Shown here one piece after another: positions 27,787 to 36,681 of a DNA stretch of 42,308 nt. The stretch spans positions 1-42,308 of the forward strand of contig CAXBQP010000026.1 in the NCBI GenBank assembly GCA_963978095.1, written 5' to 3'. The DNA comes from an uncultured bacterium. Its GTDB lineage: Bacteria; Gemmatimonadota; Gemmatimonadetes; Gemmatimonadales; Gemmatimonadaceae. How positions within the stretch are numbered: the first letter of the stretch is position 1; every line of letters starts with the position of its first letter. Made by a program: the position numbers and the translations under genes. The notes under the pieces were generated by a model, which saw only the letters and a program-made list of their open reading frames with translations, was not told the origin of the DNA and searched no databases.

Positions 27787-27842
27787 TCGGATGCCCGGGG
27801 AGGTGGAGTCCAACAGCTCGTCCATTCCGCCTTCTACGGACA

Positions 27843-27851
27843 AATCTAGCA
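27843..27851 (-). promoter_or_regulatory. Putative extended -10 element (TGCTAGATT) for the PqqD operon
   Basis: TG-n-TAnnnT match in the intergenic region upstream of the PqqD gene. Confidence 0.35.
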
Positions 27852-27914
27852 CTCCCTGACATGCCTATCCGCGCGTTGGGCGGGCCAACCCGAGATTGGG
27901 CGAGCCGGTTCGCG

Positions 27915-28547
27915 CTAGGTCCGGGTCGGCGTCAGGCGTCGATCGACCGCGACGAGCAGGGCGCTCATCACGACGATCGCGACGGTGATCAGGCCGGACA
28001 CTTTCAGGACGACCGGATATCCGAGCGTGTTCACATCGAGGAAATAGTACGGATACCATCCCTCGGCGGCCCCCCGGGCCAGCGAGTAGGCCAGATACCC
28101 CGCCGGGTATCCCAACCAGCTGACGATGTGGCTCACACGAAGCGTCCCCTTGGGGGCGAAGCGCCACCAAAAGAGCAGCACGAGGAGCGGTACGATGTCG
28201 TGCACGAGTTCATCGGCCGCGATGGAGAGCCCTTTCGGATGCCAGGTGCTGCGGAGCAGCGCCGAGTAGGCGACGCCGACGAACGCGATGTGGACCGTCG
28301 TGGCAGCCAATACCCCCGGGCGGCTCGCCCAGGCGGTCAGCGCGCCTTGGCGCGCACGCGCCAGGACGGTGAAGAGCACCGCCACCACGAGGTTGGTCGT
28401 GATCGTGAAGTAGCCGACCAACAGCCAGAGCTCATGGAGTGCCGGGGTCCCACGTGCCTGGGCGCGCATCAGGGCGGTCACCACCTGCAGGACCAGCCCG
28501 GCCCAGCAGCAAGCCGCAACGAAGGCGGCAGCGGATCGACGAGTCAT
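27915..28547 (-). CDS. Pr6Pr / FAR-17a-AIG1-like membrane protein
   Basis: YFTITTN, LVHDIVP, WLGYP..Y..Y...RG...GWYPYYFLDV; probable start ATG 28547. Confidence 0.8.
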   Translation of the reverse strand: MTRRSAAAFVAACCWAGLVLQVVTALMRAQARGTPALHELWLLVGYFTITTNLVVAVLFTVLARARQGALTAWASRPGVLAATTVHIAFVGVAYSALLRSTWHPKGLSIAADELVHDIVPLLVLLFWWRFAPKGTLRVSHIVSWLGYPAGYLAYSLARGAAEGWYPYYFLDVNTLGYPVVLKVSGLITVAIVVMSALLVAVDRRLTPTRT

Positions 28548-28747
28548 GATGGCGGGAGCGTTAGTTGTACGGAAATAGGAACGGAGGCGACGACGTTCGG
28601 ACGGCACGCGAACGGTGCCCTGTGGGCCGCGTGACGGCACAGGGCGCCATCCAGCGCCGGGGGAGCCAAAAGATGCGTGACGGTGCCCCGCACCGCCAGC
28701 GTCCCCGTCCCGGCGCACGGCTGGAAACCTTTCGCGCCGGTCGTCCG

Positions 28748-28793
28748 TTGAGTGCAAGTATCCACTTGCTTACACTGCAAGTGATCACTTGCA
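28748..28793 (+). promoter_or_regulatory. Sigma70-like promoter with two overlapping palindromes (putative TetR operators)
   Basis: TTGAGT 28748-53, N17, TACACT 28771-76; GCAAGT-atcc-ACTTGC 28754-69 fills the spacer; perfect TGCAAGTGATCACTTGCA 28776-93 covers the expected +1. Confidence 0.75.
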
Positions 28794-28904
28794 TCGGGCC
28801 TTCTGCGGGATCGGCGCGCAACGCGTCGGTCCGATGACGCCCGTCGGGTGCATCCCCGGCTTCCACTCGCTGCTCACCACCACCGCGCGCAGGCGCGTTC
28901 GACC

Positions 28905-30923
28905 ATGTCCGTTCCCGTTCCGACCCGCACCCATGTCCTGGCCGCCGCCGCCCGCGTGTACGGCGCGCTGGGATTCCGCGGCGCGACCACCCGCAAGATC
29001 GCGGAGGCCGCCGGCGTCAATGAAGTCACGCTCTTCCGGCAGTTCGGCAGCAAGAACGCCCTGCTGCTGGAGGCGCTGCGGGTCTCGGGGGCGGTGCATC
29101 CCGACGCCGTGCTGCCGACGGCCCCGGTGGATCCCCTGGCCGAGTTGACCGCCTGGAGTTCGCACATGCGGAAGTCGCTGTTGGCCATGCGTGGCATGAT
29201 CCGCAAGGCGATGGCGGAGTTCGAGGTCAATCCGGCGATGCCGAAATGCATGACGCACGGGGCCGAACAATCCCTGATGCAGTTGCGGGAGTACCTCACG
29301 CGTCTCGTCGATCAGGGCATGGTGCGCGCCGATGCGGATGTCGTCAGCGCGGCCTCGATGCTGATGAGCGCCATCTTTCACGACGCGCTCGGTCGCGACA
29401 TCATGCCGCACGCCTTCCCGCAGCCCGTGTCGGCGGCGCCGGCCAGCTACGCGCGCCTCACACTCCGCTCGATGGGCTATGAGCCCACGGCGAGCCGGCC
29501 GTCGAACGACCGCAAGCGCACGATCCAGCGCGTGCGACGCGCGCTGACGGTCGTGCTGCTCGTCGCGACCACGCCATGGGCGGGCGTCGCGCAGGGTACC
29601 GCCACGGCCCTCTCCCTCGCGGAGGCGCTGACCATGGGGCAAAAGGCGAGCCACGCCGTGCGTAGCGCCGAGGCCGGCGTGATGCGGGCCGGGGCGCAGC
29701 AACAGCAGGCGCGTGCGCAGTACTTGCCGCAGGTCAACGGAACGTTCGGCTACCAACGCCTGATGCAATCGCAGTTCTCGGCCATCACGTCCGGGAGCGG
29801 TTCCGGGTCCGGGTCGGGATCTGGGTCCGGTTCCGGGTCGGGCGGCGGCACCAGCAGCTTCGGCGACATCACCAAGATCTTCGCGTCGCCCAACACGGCG
29901 ACGCTCGGACTTTCGCTGACGCAGAATCTCTTCACCGCCGGCAAGTTGGAGTCCGCGACCAAGGGGGCGGCCGCCGCCCGAACGGCCGCCGACATCGGTC
30001 TCGACGCCGCGCGCGCGCAAGTCAATCTCGATGTCGCCCAGGCGTATTTCGACGCCGTCGCCGCCAAGGCGCTGGTCGACATCGCCGACAGCACCCTGGC
30101 CCAGGCCGAACGGACGCTGTCGCAGACCACGGTCAGCAAGCAGGTCGGGAGCGCGGCCGAGTTCGATCTGTTGCGGGCGCGGGTGGCGCGTGACAACCAG
30201 CGTCCGGCCCTGATCCAGGCGCGCGGCAACTACGACCTCACGATGATGCGTCTGCGTCAGTTGCTCGGGATCCCGCTCGACAGACAACTCGCGCTCACCA
30301 CGCCGATCCGGGACGAAGGCGTCGCGGCGGAGGCGCCCGGAGCGGATACCGCGGTGGCGCATCGCGCCACCGTGCGCCAAGCGGCCGCCAACGTGACCGC
30401 GCAGCAGTTCGCCCTGTCGGCGGCCGAGCGGAACCGCCTGCCCGCGGTGCAGGTTTCGAGTGCGTATCAGCGCTTTGCGTATCCCGCGGGCATCCTGCCG
30501 CTCGCGCTCAACCAGTACTACCCGAACTGGACCATCTCCCTCGGATTGTCGGTTCCGGTGTTCACCGGTGGCAAGCTCGATGCGGATCGCGCCATCGCCC
30601 AGGCCAACCTGATCGACGCGCAGCAATCCCTGGAGCAGTCCCGTGAACTCGCGGCGCTCGATGCGCGGACGGCGATCCTGCAGCTCGAGCAGGCGCAGGC
30701 CGCGTACGCGAGCAGCGTGGGGACGGACGAGCAGGCGCGCCGCGCGTACGGGATTGCCGAGGTGCGCTTCAACGAAGGGATCTCCACGCAGGTGGAACTG
30801 TTGCAGAGCCGCACGCAGTACGAACAGGCGCGGCTGACCCGCGTGCTCGCGGCGCGTGATCTGGAGGTCACCCGCTTGCGCGTGGCCTTCCTGAAGGACC
30901 TGCCGGTGACGGTGCGGCGCTAA
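28905..30923 (+). CDS. TetR-family regulator fused in frame to a TolC-family outer-membrane efflux protein
   Basis: HTH GFRGATTRKIAEAAGVNEVTLFRQFGSKNALL; no stop before an internal signal peptide (RRALTVVLLVATTPWAGVA-Q); then OEP repeats (AQYLPQV, VAQAYF, RNRLPAV, FNEGIST.VELL). Alternative start GTG 28848. Confidence 0.85.
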   Translation: MSVPVPTRTHVLAAAARVYGALGFRGATTRKIAEAAGVNEVTLFRQFGSKNALLLEALRVSGAVHPDAVLPTAPVDPLAELTAWSSHMRKSLLAMRGMIRKAMAEFEVNPAMPKCMTHGAEQSLMQLREYLTRLVDQGMVRADADVVSAASMLMSAIFHDALGRDIMPHAFPQPVSAAPASYARLTLRSMGYEPTASRPSNDRKRTIQRVRRALTVVLLVATTPWAGVAQGTATALSLAEALTMGQKASHAVRSAEAGVMRAGAQQQQARAQYLPQVNGTFGYQRLMQSQFSAITSGSGSGSGSGSGSGSGSGGGTSSFGDITKIFASPNTATLGLSLTQNLFTAGKLESATKGAAAARTAADIGLDAARAQVNLDVAQAYFDAVAAKALVDIADSTLAQAERTLSQTTVSKQVGSAAEFDLLRARVARDNQRPALIQARGNYDLTMMRLRQLLGIPLDRQLALTTPIRDEGVAAEAPGADTAVAHRATVRQAAANVTAQQFALSAAERNRLPAVQVSSAYQRFAYPAGILPLALNQYYPNWTISLGLSVPVFTGGKLDADRAIAQANLIDAQQSLEQSRELAALDARTAILQLEQAQAAYASSVGTDEQARRAYGIAEVRFNEGISTQVELLQSRTQYEQARLTRVLAARDLEVTRLRVAFLKDLPVTVRR

Positions 30924-30952
30924 CCATGACTTATTTCCAGAGGAACACCCTG

Positions 30953-32083
30953 ATGCAGTCCCGTTTGATCCGCGCCCTGCGGGCGCCCCTGCTCACGCTC
31001 GCGCTCGGCGCGACCGGCCTCCTGATGGCATGCGGAGCGAAGCCCGAGGTGGCGAGCACCGCGCTGCCCGAACAGATCATCGGACCGGAGCTCGTGGCGA
31101 TCGTGGCCACGACGACGATCACGAGCGGCCCGTCGATCTCCGGCTCGCTCGTGGCCGACAAAACGGCGGCCATCCGCGCCGAGGTCGGCGGACGGGTGAC
31201 CGCGGTCCTGGTGGAGCCGGGCGCGCACGTGAGCAAGGACGCGCCGCTCGCGCGGGTGGACGACAACGCGGTCCGCGAGGCGATGCTCGGTGCCAAGAGC
31301 GGCGTCACCCAGGCGCAACTGGGCGCCGATATCGCCAAGCGTGACCAGGATCGTGCGGAACGGCTCCTCGCCGCCGGTGCGGTCGCGGAAAACGCCGTGG
31401 AGAATGCCCGCCGCGGGAATCTGGCGGCGCAGGCGGCACTGGAAGATGCCAAGGCGCGGCTGGCGAATGCGCAGCGGAACCTCGACAATACGACGCTGAA
31501 GGCCCCGTACGACGGAATCGTGAGCGAGCGTCAGGTGAATGCCGGTGACATCGTCGCCCCCGGCGCGCCGATGTTCACGATCGTCGATCCCTCCACCATG
31601 CGGCTCGAAGGGTCCGTGCCGGCCGATCAACTCGGCGCGGTCCATCTCGGTGCGAGCGTCAAGTTCGGCGTGACCGGGTATCCCGGCACGTCGTTCGTCG
31701 GTACGATCAGCAACATCTATCCGAGCGCCGATCCGCAGACCAAGCAGGTGCGCCTGTATGCGCGCATTCCGAATGCCGGAAGTCTGGTCGCGGGGTTGTT
31801 CGCCAGTGGACGCGTCGCGAGCACCAGTCACTCGGCGCTCGCGGTACCCCTGAACGCCGTGGACCAGCGCGGGCTCAAGCCCTCGGTCCTGCGGCTCAAG
31901 GGAGGGAAAGCCGAGAAGGTCCAGATCACCTTGGGGGTCCGCGATGACGAGACCGAGAACGTCGAAGTCCTCGCCGGCCTCGCGGCGGGGGACACCGTGC
32001 TCGTCGGGCGCGCGCAGGGCATCACGATCGGCGCACCGGTGAAGGTCAGCGCGCCGTCCGACAAACCCGTCGCGAAGAACTAG
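30953..32083 (+). CDS. RND efflux periplasmic adaptor (MFP), lipoprotein
   Basis: Lipobox LMAC, IRAEVGGRV, LKAPYDGIV, GLAAGDTV. Start ATG 30953 follows AGAGGA; alternative ATG 30926. Confidence 0.9.
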   Translation: MQSRLIRALRAPLLTLALGATGLLMACGAKPEVASTALPEQIIGPELVAIVATTTITSGPSISGSLVADKTAAIRAEVGGRVTAVLVEPGAHVSKDAPLARVDDNAVREAMLGAKSGVTQAQLGADIAKRDQDRAERLLAAGAVAENAVENARRGNLAAQAALEDAKARLANAQRNLDNTTLKAPYDGIVSERQVNAGDIVAPGAPMFTIVDPSTMRLEGSVPADQLGAVHLGASVKFGVTGYPGTSFVGTISNIYPSADPQTKQVRLYARIPNAGSLVAGLFASGRVASTSHSALAVPLNAVDQRGLKPSVLRLKGGKAEKVQITLGVRDDETENVEVLAGLAAGDTVLVGRAQGITIGAPVKVSAPSDKPVAKN

Positions 32084-32092
32084 GAACCCACC

Positions 32093-35000
32093 ATGTTCAT
32101 TTCAGATTTCGCCATCAAGCGCCCCATCGTCACCGTCGTGTCGATGGTGGCCCTGGTCGTGTTCGGCGTGTTCTCCCTGGCCCAACTGCAGACGGACGAG
32201 TTCCCGGATGTCGCGCAGCCCATCATCAACGTGGCCATCCCGTATCCCGGGGCCGCGCCCGACGTCGTCGAGCGCGAGGTCCTGGATCGCGTCGAAGAAG
32301 CGATCAGCGGGATCAGCGGCGTGGACCGGATCAACGGCAGCGCGCAGGACGGATTCGCCAACATCACCGTGGCGTTCGTCTTCGAGAAGGACATTCAGCA
32401 AGCCAGCCAGGACATCCGCGACAAGATCAGCTCCGTGCGGGATCAACTCCCGCCGGAGATGAAGGAGCCGGTGCTCTCGCGGTTCGACCCGAGCGACCAG
32501 CCGATCGTGCAGCTCTCGCTGAACGCCACGACGCTCGACGCGCCGAGTCTCACGCGGATCGCGGATCCCGAGATCACCAAGGAACTGCGCGGCATCGCGG
32601 GGGTCGCCGAAGCGACCGTCGTGGGAGGGATCGAACGGGAACTCACGGTCGAGATCCGTCCGGACGCGATGCAGGCCGCCGGGATCAGCGTCGCGCAGCT
32701 CGTGGGCGCGCTCCAGCAGCAGAACCTCTCCGTGCCCGTCGGGAAGATCGACGGCACCTTGGACGAGCGCTCGATCCGCTTGCGCGGCAAGCTCGAGACG
32801 CCGGCCGACTTCATGAACCTCGTGGTCGACCAGCGTGGCGGCCGTTCGATCCGCCTCGGGGAGATCGCGACGGCCAAGGATGGCGTGGCCGAAGCCCGCT
32901 CCTCGGCGATCTATGGCACGAGCAGCACCGGCGCCCAGAGCGACGCCGTGGGGATCATGATCAAGAAGTCCAAGGGATACAGCACGTCGCAGGTCGCGGC
33001 CAAGGTGCTGGCCAAGGTCACCGCGTTGAAGACGACGCTCCCCGCCGGCGTGCACCTCGACGTGATCCAGAACGCCGGCGACCGCGTCGAACGGTCGGTC
33101 CAGAACGTGGAGGAGACGCTCGTGGAAGGCGCGGTCCTGACCGTCCTCGTGGTGTTCCTCTTCCTCAATTCGTGGCGCTCGACCGTCATCACCGGGCTCG
33201 CGTTGCCGGTGTCGGTCATGGCGAGCTTCATCGCCGTGTTCGCCTTCGGGTTCACGCTGAACACGATGTCGCTGCTCGGCCTGTCGTTGGCCATCGGCAT
33301 CCTGATCGACGACGCGATCGTGGTCCGCGAGAACATCGTGCGCCACATCGAAATGGGGAAGGATCATTTCCGCGCGTCGCACGAGGGAACCGACGAGATC
33401 GGGATGGCGGTTGCCGCCACCACGTTCTCGATCGTCGCGGTGTTCGTGCCGATCGGATTCATGTACGGCACGGCAGGGCAGTGGTTCAAGCCCTTCGCGC
33501 TGACGATCGCGATGGCCGTGTTGGTGTCGCTCTTCGTGTCGTTCTCCCTCGATCCGATGCTCTCCGCCTACTGGCCCGATCCGGAGACGGAGGCCGGCGA
33601 GCACAAGAGCTGGATCTCTCACAAGCTGGAGCGGTTCAACGCGTGGTTCGACCGGATGAGCGAGAAGTACACGCGCGTGATCCGCTGGGCGCTCCGGCAC
33701 CGGTGGAGCATGGTCACCCTCGCCGCCCTCTCGTTCGTGGCCGCCATCTGGCTGCAGGTGAAGTTCGGTGGCTTCGGCTTCGTGCCGGACAGCGATCGCA
33801 GTGAGTTGACGATGCAGGTGCAGACGCCGCCGGGGTCCAATCTGGACTACACCCGCATGAAGACCATGGAGGTCGCGCGTCTCGCGCTCGGCCACAAGGA
33901 TCTCGTGAACTACACCTTCGCCACCGTGGGCGGCAGCAGCGCGGGAATGCAGCCCGGGGCGGCCATCGGCGCCGTGGACCTGGGCACCGTGTATGTCCGC
34001 ATGAATCCGAAAGCGACGCGCACGGTGTCCCAGCAGGAGTTCGGCGGCATCTTGCGCGATCAGATCGCCAAGATCGGCGGCGCCAAGGCGTACATCTTCA
34101 CCGGCGGGATGGGGGGCGCCCGCAAGCAGATCCAGGTGGAGATGCGCGGCAAGGATGCCCGCACGCTCAACGCCCTCGCGGACAGCGCGCTGAAGCTCGT
34201 CGCGAAGGTGCCGAACGTCGTCGACCTCGCGCTGAGCACCAAGGGACAGAAGCCCGAACTCGAGATCAACCTGAATCGCCAACTCGCCGGCTCGATGGGC
34301 GTGACGGTGGGGCAGGTGGCGCAGGCGCTGCGGCCCGCGTTCGCGGGCGTCGACGCCGGTGATTGGGTGGATCCCGCCGGCGAGAACCGCAAGGTGCGCG
34401 TGCGTCTCGCCAGCGAGGCACGGACCAAGCAGTCGGATATCCAGCGCCTGCCGATCGTGGCTTCAGGACTGGGCGCCGGGCGCGGGAGCGTGATGCCGTT
34501 GGGGCAGATCGCCAGCGTCACGCCGGGACTCGGACCGGCCCTGATCTCGCATTTGGATCGCGAAAATGTGGTCGTCGTCGAGGCCAACGTGCAGGGCCGG
34601 TCGATCGGCGAGGTGAACCAGGACATCAGCAAGGCGCTCGCCGGCCTCTCCCTGCCGGCCGGATATCGCATCACCGCCGGCGGCGAGGTGAAGGATCAGC
34701 AGGAGGTCTTCGGCCGGATCTTCGCGGCGCTCGGCGTCGCGGTGCTGCTGATGTACCTGATCCTCGTCATGCAGTTCGGCAGCTTCCTCGAGCCGATCGC
34801 GATCATGGTGTCCCTGCCGCTCTCGCTGATCGGCGTGGTGCTCGCACTCATCCTCACCAAGGGCACGCTGAACATCATGAGCATGATCGGCGTGATCCTG
34901 TTGATGGGGATCGTGGCCAAGAACGCCATTCTCCTGATCGACTTCGCCAAGTGGGGGCAGGAGAACGGCCTGGAGCGCGAAGATGCGATCGTCGAGGCTG

Positions 35001-35290
35001 GTCGCGTGCGCCTGCGTCCGATCATGATGACGACGCTCGCGCTCGTGGCGGGGATGGTGCCGGTCGCCCTCGGCAACGGTGAGGGCGCCGACTTCCGCGC
35101 GCCGCTGGGTCGCGCGATCATCGGCGGCGTGATCACCTCCACCGTGCTGACATTGCTCGTGATCCCGACGATCTACGAGATCCTCGACGACTGGCGCATC
35201 AAGTTGACCGGGATGTTCGACATTCCGGTGCGTCCCAGCACCGAGGAGTACATGGTGCCCAAGGAAGCGCGGAAGAAGTCGACGCACTGA
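32093..35290 (+). CDS. RND efflux permease (AcrB/AcrD/AcrF family)
   Basis: MFISDFAIKRP, GILIDDAIVVRENI, VAKNAILLID, RLRPIMMTT; 1065 aa. Confidence 0.95.
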   Translation: MFISDFAIKRPIVTVVSMVALVVFGVFSLAQLQTDEFPDVAQPIINVAIPYPGAAPDVVEREVLDRVEEAISGISGVDRINGSAQDGFANITVAFVFEKDIQQASQDIRDKISSVRDQLPPEMKEPVLSRFDPSDQPIVQLSLNATTLDAPSLTRIADPEITKELRGIAGVAEATVVGGIERELTVEIRPDAMQAAGISVAQLVGALQQQNLSVPVGKIDGTLDERSIRLRGKLETPADFMNLVVDQRGGRSIRLGEIATAKDGVAEARSSAIYGTSSTGAQSDAVGIMIKKSKGYSTSQVAAKVLAKVTALKTTLPAGVHLDVIQNAGDRVERSVQNVEETLVEGAVLTVLVVFLFLNSWRSTVITGLALPVSVMASFIAVFAFGFTLNTMSLLGLSLAIGILIDDAIVVRENIVRHIEMGKDHFRASHEGTDEIGMAVAATTFSIVAVFVPIGFMYGTAGQWFKPFALTIAMAVLVSLFVSFSLDPMLSAYWPDPETEAGEHKSWISHKLERFNAWFDRMSEKYTRVIRWALRHRWSMVTLAALSFVAAIWLQVKFGGFGFVPDSDRSELTMQVQTPPGSNLDYTRMKTMEVARLALGHKDLVNYTFATVGGSSAGMQPGAAIGAVDLGTVYVRMNPKATRTVSQQEFGGILRDQIAKIGGAKAYIFTGGMGGARKQIQVEMRGKDARTLNALADSALKLVAKVPNVVDLALSTKGQKPELEINLNRQLAGSMGVTVGQVAQALRPAFAGVDAGDWVDPAGENRKVRVRLASEARTKQSDIQRLPIVASGLGAGRGSVMPLGQIASVTPGLGPALISHLDRENVVVVEANVQGRSIGEVNQDISKALAGLSLPAGYRITAGGEVKDQQEVFGRIFAALGVAVLLMYLILVMQFGSFLEPIAIMVSLPLSLIGVVLALILTKGTLNIMSMIGVILLMGIVAKNAILLIDFAKWGQENGLEREDAIVEAGRVRLRPIMMTTLALVAGMVPVALGNGEGADFRAPLGRAIIGGVITSTVLTLLVIPTIYEILDDWRIKLTGMFDIPVRPSTEEYMVPKEARKKSTH

Positions 35291-35313
35291 TCGCGAGCGG
35301 TCGCGCCACCGCC

Positions 35314-35904
35314 TTACGCCGAACGCTCCGGCCATCGGAACAGATCGAACACCCGTCCCATCGAGAACACCGAATCCACGAAGTCCACGCCGAACGCGCG
35401 CGCGAGCGCGAGCGACCGCACGTTCTCGGCATGAATCATCGACACCGGGCGAACGCCGAGCGTGGTACGCGCGTGCGCCCACACGGCGGCGGCGGCCTCG
35501 CGCGCGTACCCCATCCCCCACGCGGCGCGATCGAACGTGTAGCCGAGTTCGTCCTCGATCGCATCGGGTACGCCGAGTGGCGTGCCGCCGAGCATCTGCC
35601 AGCCTGCGCGCGCGGTCGGACCATCGGGAGTCGCCATCAGTTCGAGGCGCGCGAGTCCGCAGCGGCCGAGGAGCGCCCCGTCGACCTTTCGCACCACCGC
35701 GAGCTGGCCGCGGCCGTAGCGCGCATAGCTCGCGATGGTGCTGTCGATGAACTGCTCCGACGCGTCGCGCGACCGCGGCGCTCCGGTCGAGATGTAGCGC
35801 GCGACGTCGGGGTCGGCGTGTATGCGGACGTAGAAGTCCAGATCATCGCGCGTGATGGGGCGGAGCAGCAGTCGCTCCGTCTCGAGGGTGCAGGGCCACG
35901 TCAT
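35314..35904 (-). CDS. RimJ/RimL-like GNAT acetyltransferase
   Basis: LETERLLLRP, ELGYTFDRAAWGMGYAREAA, N.RS..LA; probable start ATG 35904. Confidence 0.85.
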   Translation of the reverse strand: MTWPCTLETERLLLRPITRDDLDFYVRIHADPDVARYISTGAPRSRDASEQFIDSTIASYARYGRGQLAVVRKVDGALLGRCGLARLELMATPDGPTARAGWQMLGGTPLGVPDAIEDELGYTFDRAAWGMGYAREAAAAVWAHARTTLGVRPVSMIHAENVRSLALARAFGVDFVDSVFSMGRVFDLFRWPERSA

Positions 35905-35934
35905 GGATGGATGGTAAGGTCGGGTGGACATGGC

Positions 35935-35964
35935 AAAAAGGGCCGCGACGACGTCGCGGCCCTT
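35935..35964 (-). terminator. Rho-independent terminator of the Spy-like lipoprotein gene
   Basis: aagggccgcgac/gtcgcggccctt inverted repeat ending in TTTTT on the minus strand, 21 nt after stop 35985. Confidence 0.75.
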
Positions 35965-35984
35965 CGGGTGCAGCACACGACCAG

Positions 35985-36536
35985 TTACGGTTTCGTTGCG
36001 GGGCCCAACGGGCCGACCCAGCCGACCGGCGGGGTGACCACCGTGTGCGCGACGATCCACGCTTTCTGTGCCGGCGTAAGCAACGCCGCGATCGCCGTGC
36101 GCAGCGCGTCCAAGCGCGCCGTGAGGCGCGTGAGAATCGGCTTGGCGAGGTTCAGGAGGGCGATGATGTCGGCCGCACTCTTGCCGGCCTTCTTGGCGGC
36201 CGTCGCCTGTTCGTGGATCGCATTGAGCGCGAGCAGATCGGCCTTGTTGGCTGTTTCGAACGTGGTGCGCAACGCCGCGATCGCACTGAGCTGGCTGGTC
36301 GTCAGCTTGAGCGAATCCGGAAAGGCGGCGCGTGCCGCCTCAACGTTGGAGGTCGTCGGACCGACCGCGACGTGAAACGGTTCGGTGGGAAATCCGTTCG
36401 TCGCCGCGAACGTCAAGTTCGTGGGATTCACCGCGTCCAACTGCAGCTGGCTGACATCGGCCTGCACTGGCGCCGTGCTCTTCGAGCACGCCACGGCAGC
36501 GATCAGTACCAGCCCGGCAATCGCGATTCGACGCAT
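35985..36536 (-). CDS. Lipoprotein with two LTxxQ motifs (Spy/CpxP-like)
   Basis: MRRIAIAGLVLIAAVAC lipobox; LKLTTSQ and LLTPAQK flank helical segments. Confidence 0.65.
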   Translation of the reverse strand: MRRIAIAGLVLIAAVACSKSTAPVQADVSQLQLDAVNPTNLTFAATNGFPTEPFHVAVGPTTSNVEAARAAFPDSLKLTTSQLSAIAALRTTFETANKADLLALNAIHEQATAAKKAGKSAADIIALLNLAKPILTRLTARLDALRTAIAALLTPAQKAWIVAHTVVTPPVGWVGPLGPATKP

Positions 36537-36681
36537 CGTCTCACCATCTCCTGCTGGGGAAGATCCGGTGTGACGCCCGCCCGCCACGCGGGAACGGAGC
36601 CGTCACTATGCAACAGAGAATAGTACCAAGTAACCCTGAGCAGGAGTTGGCGCGCTACCCCCCTGCAGGATGACAGTTCTG

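Noticed and set aside
27865..28170. 101-aa minus-strand ORF upstream of PqqD as a possible precursor peptide
   Set aside because: Out-of-frame overlap with the Pr6Pr gene; no leader motif or core-like composition.
28723..28749. GGAAAC-N17-CGTT, a possible second ECF-type promoter before the efflux operon
   Set aside because: Single short match that could be chance; the adjacent sigma70 promoter and palindromes explain the region better.
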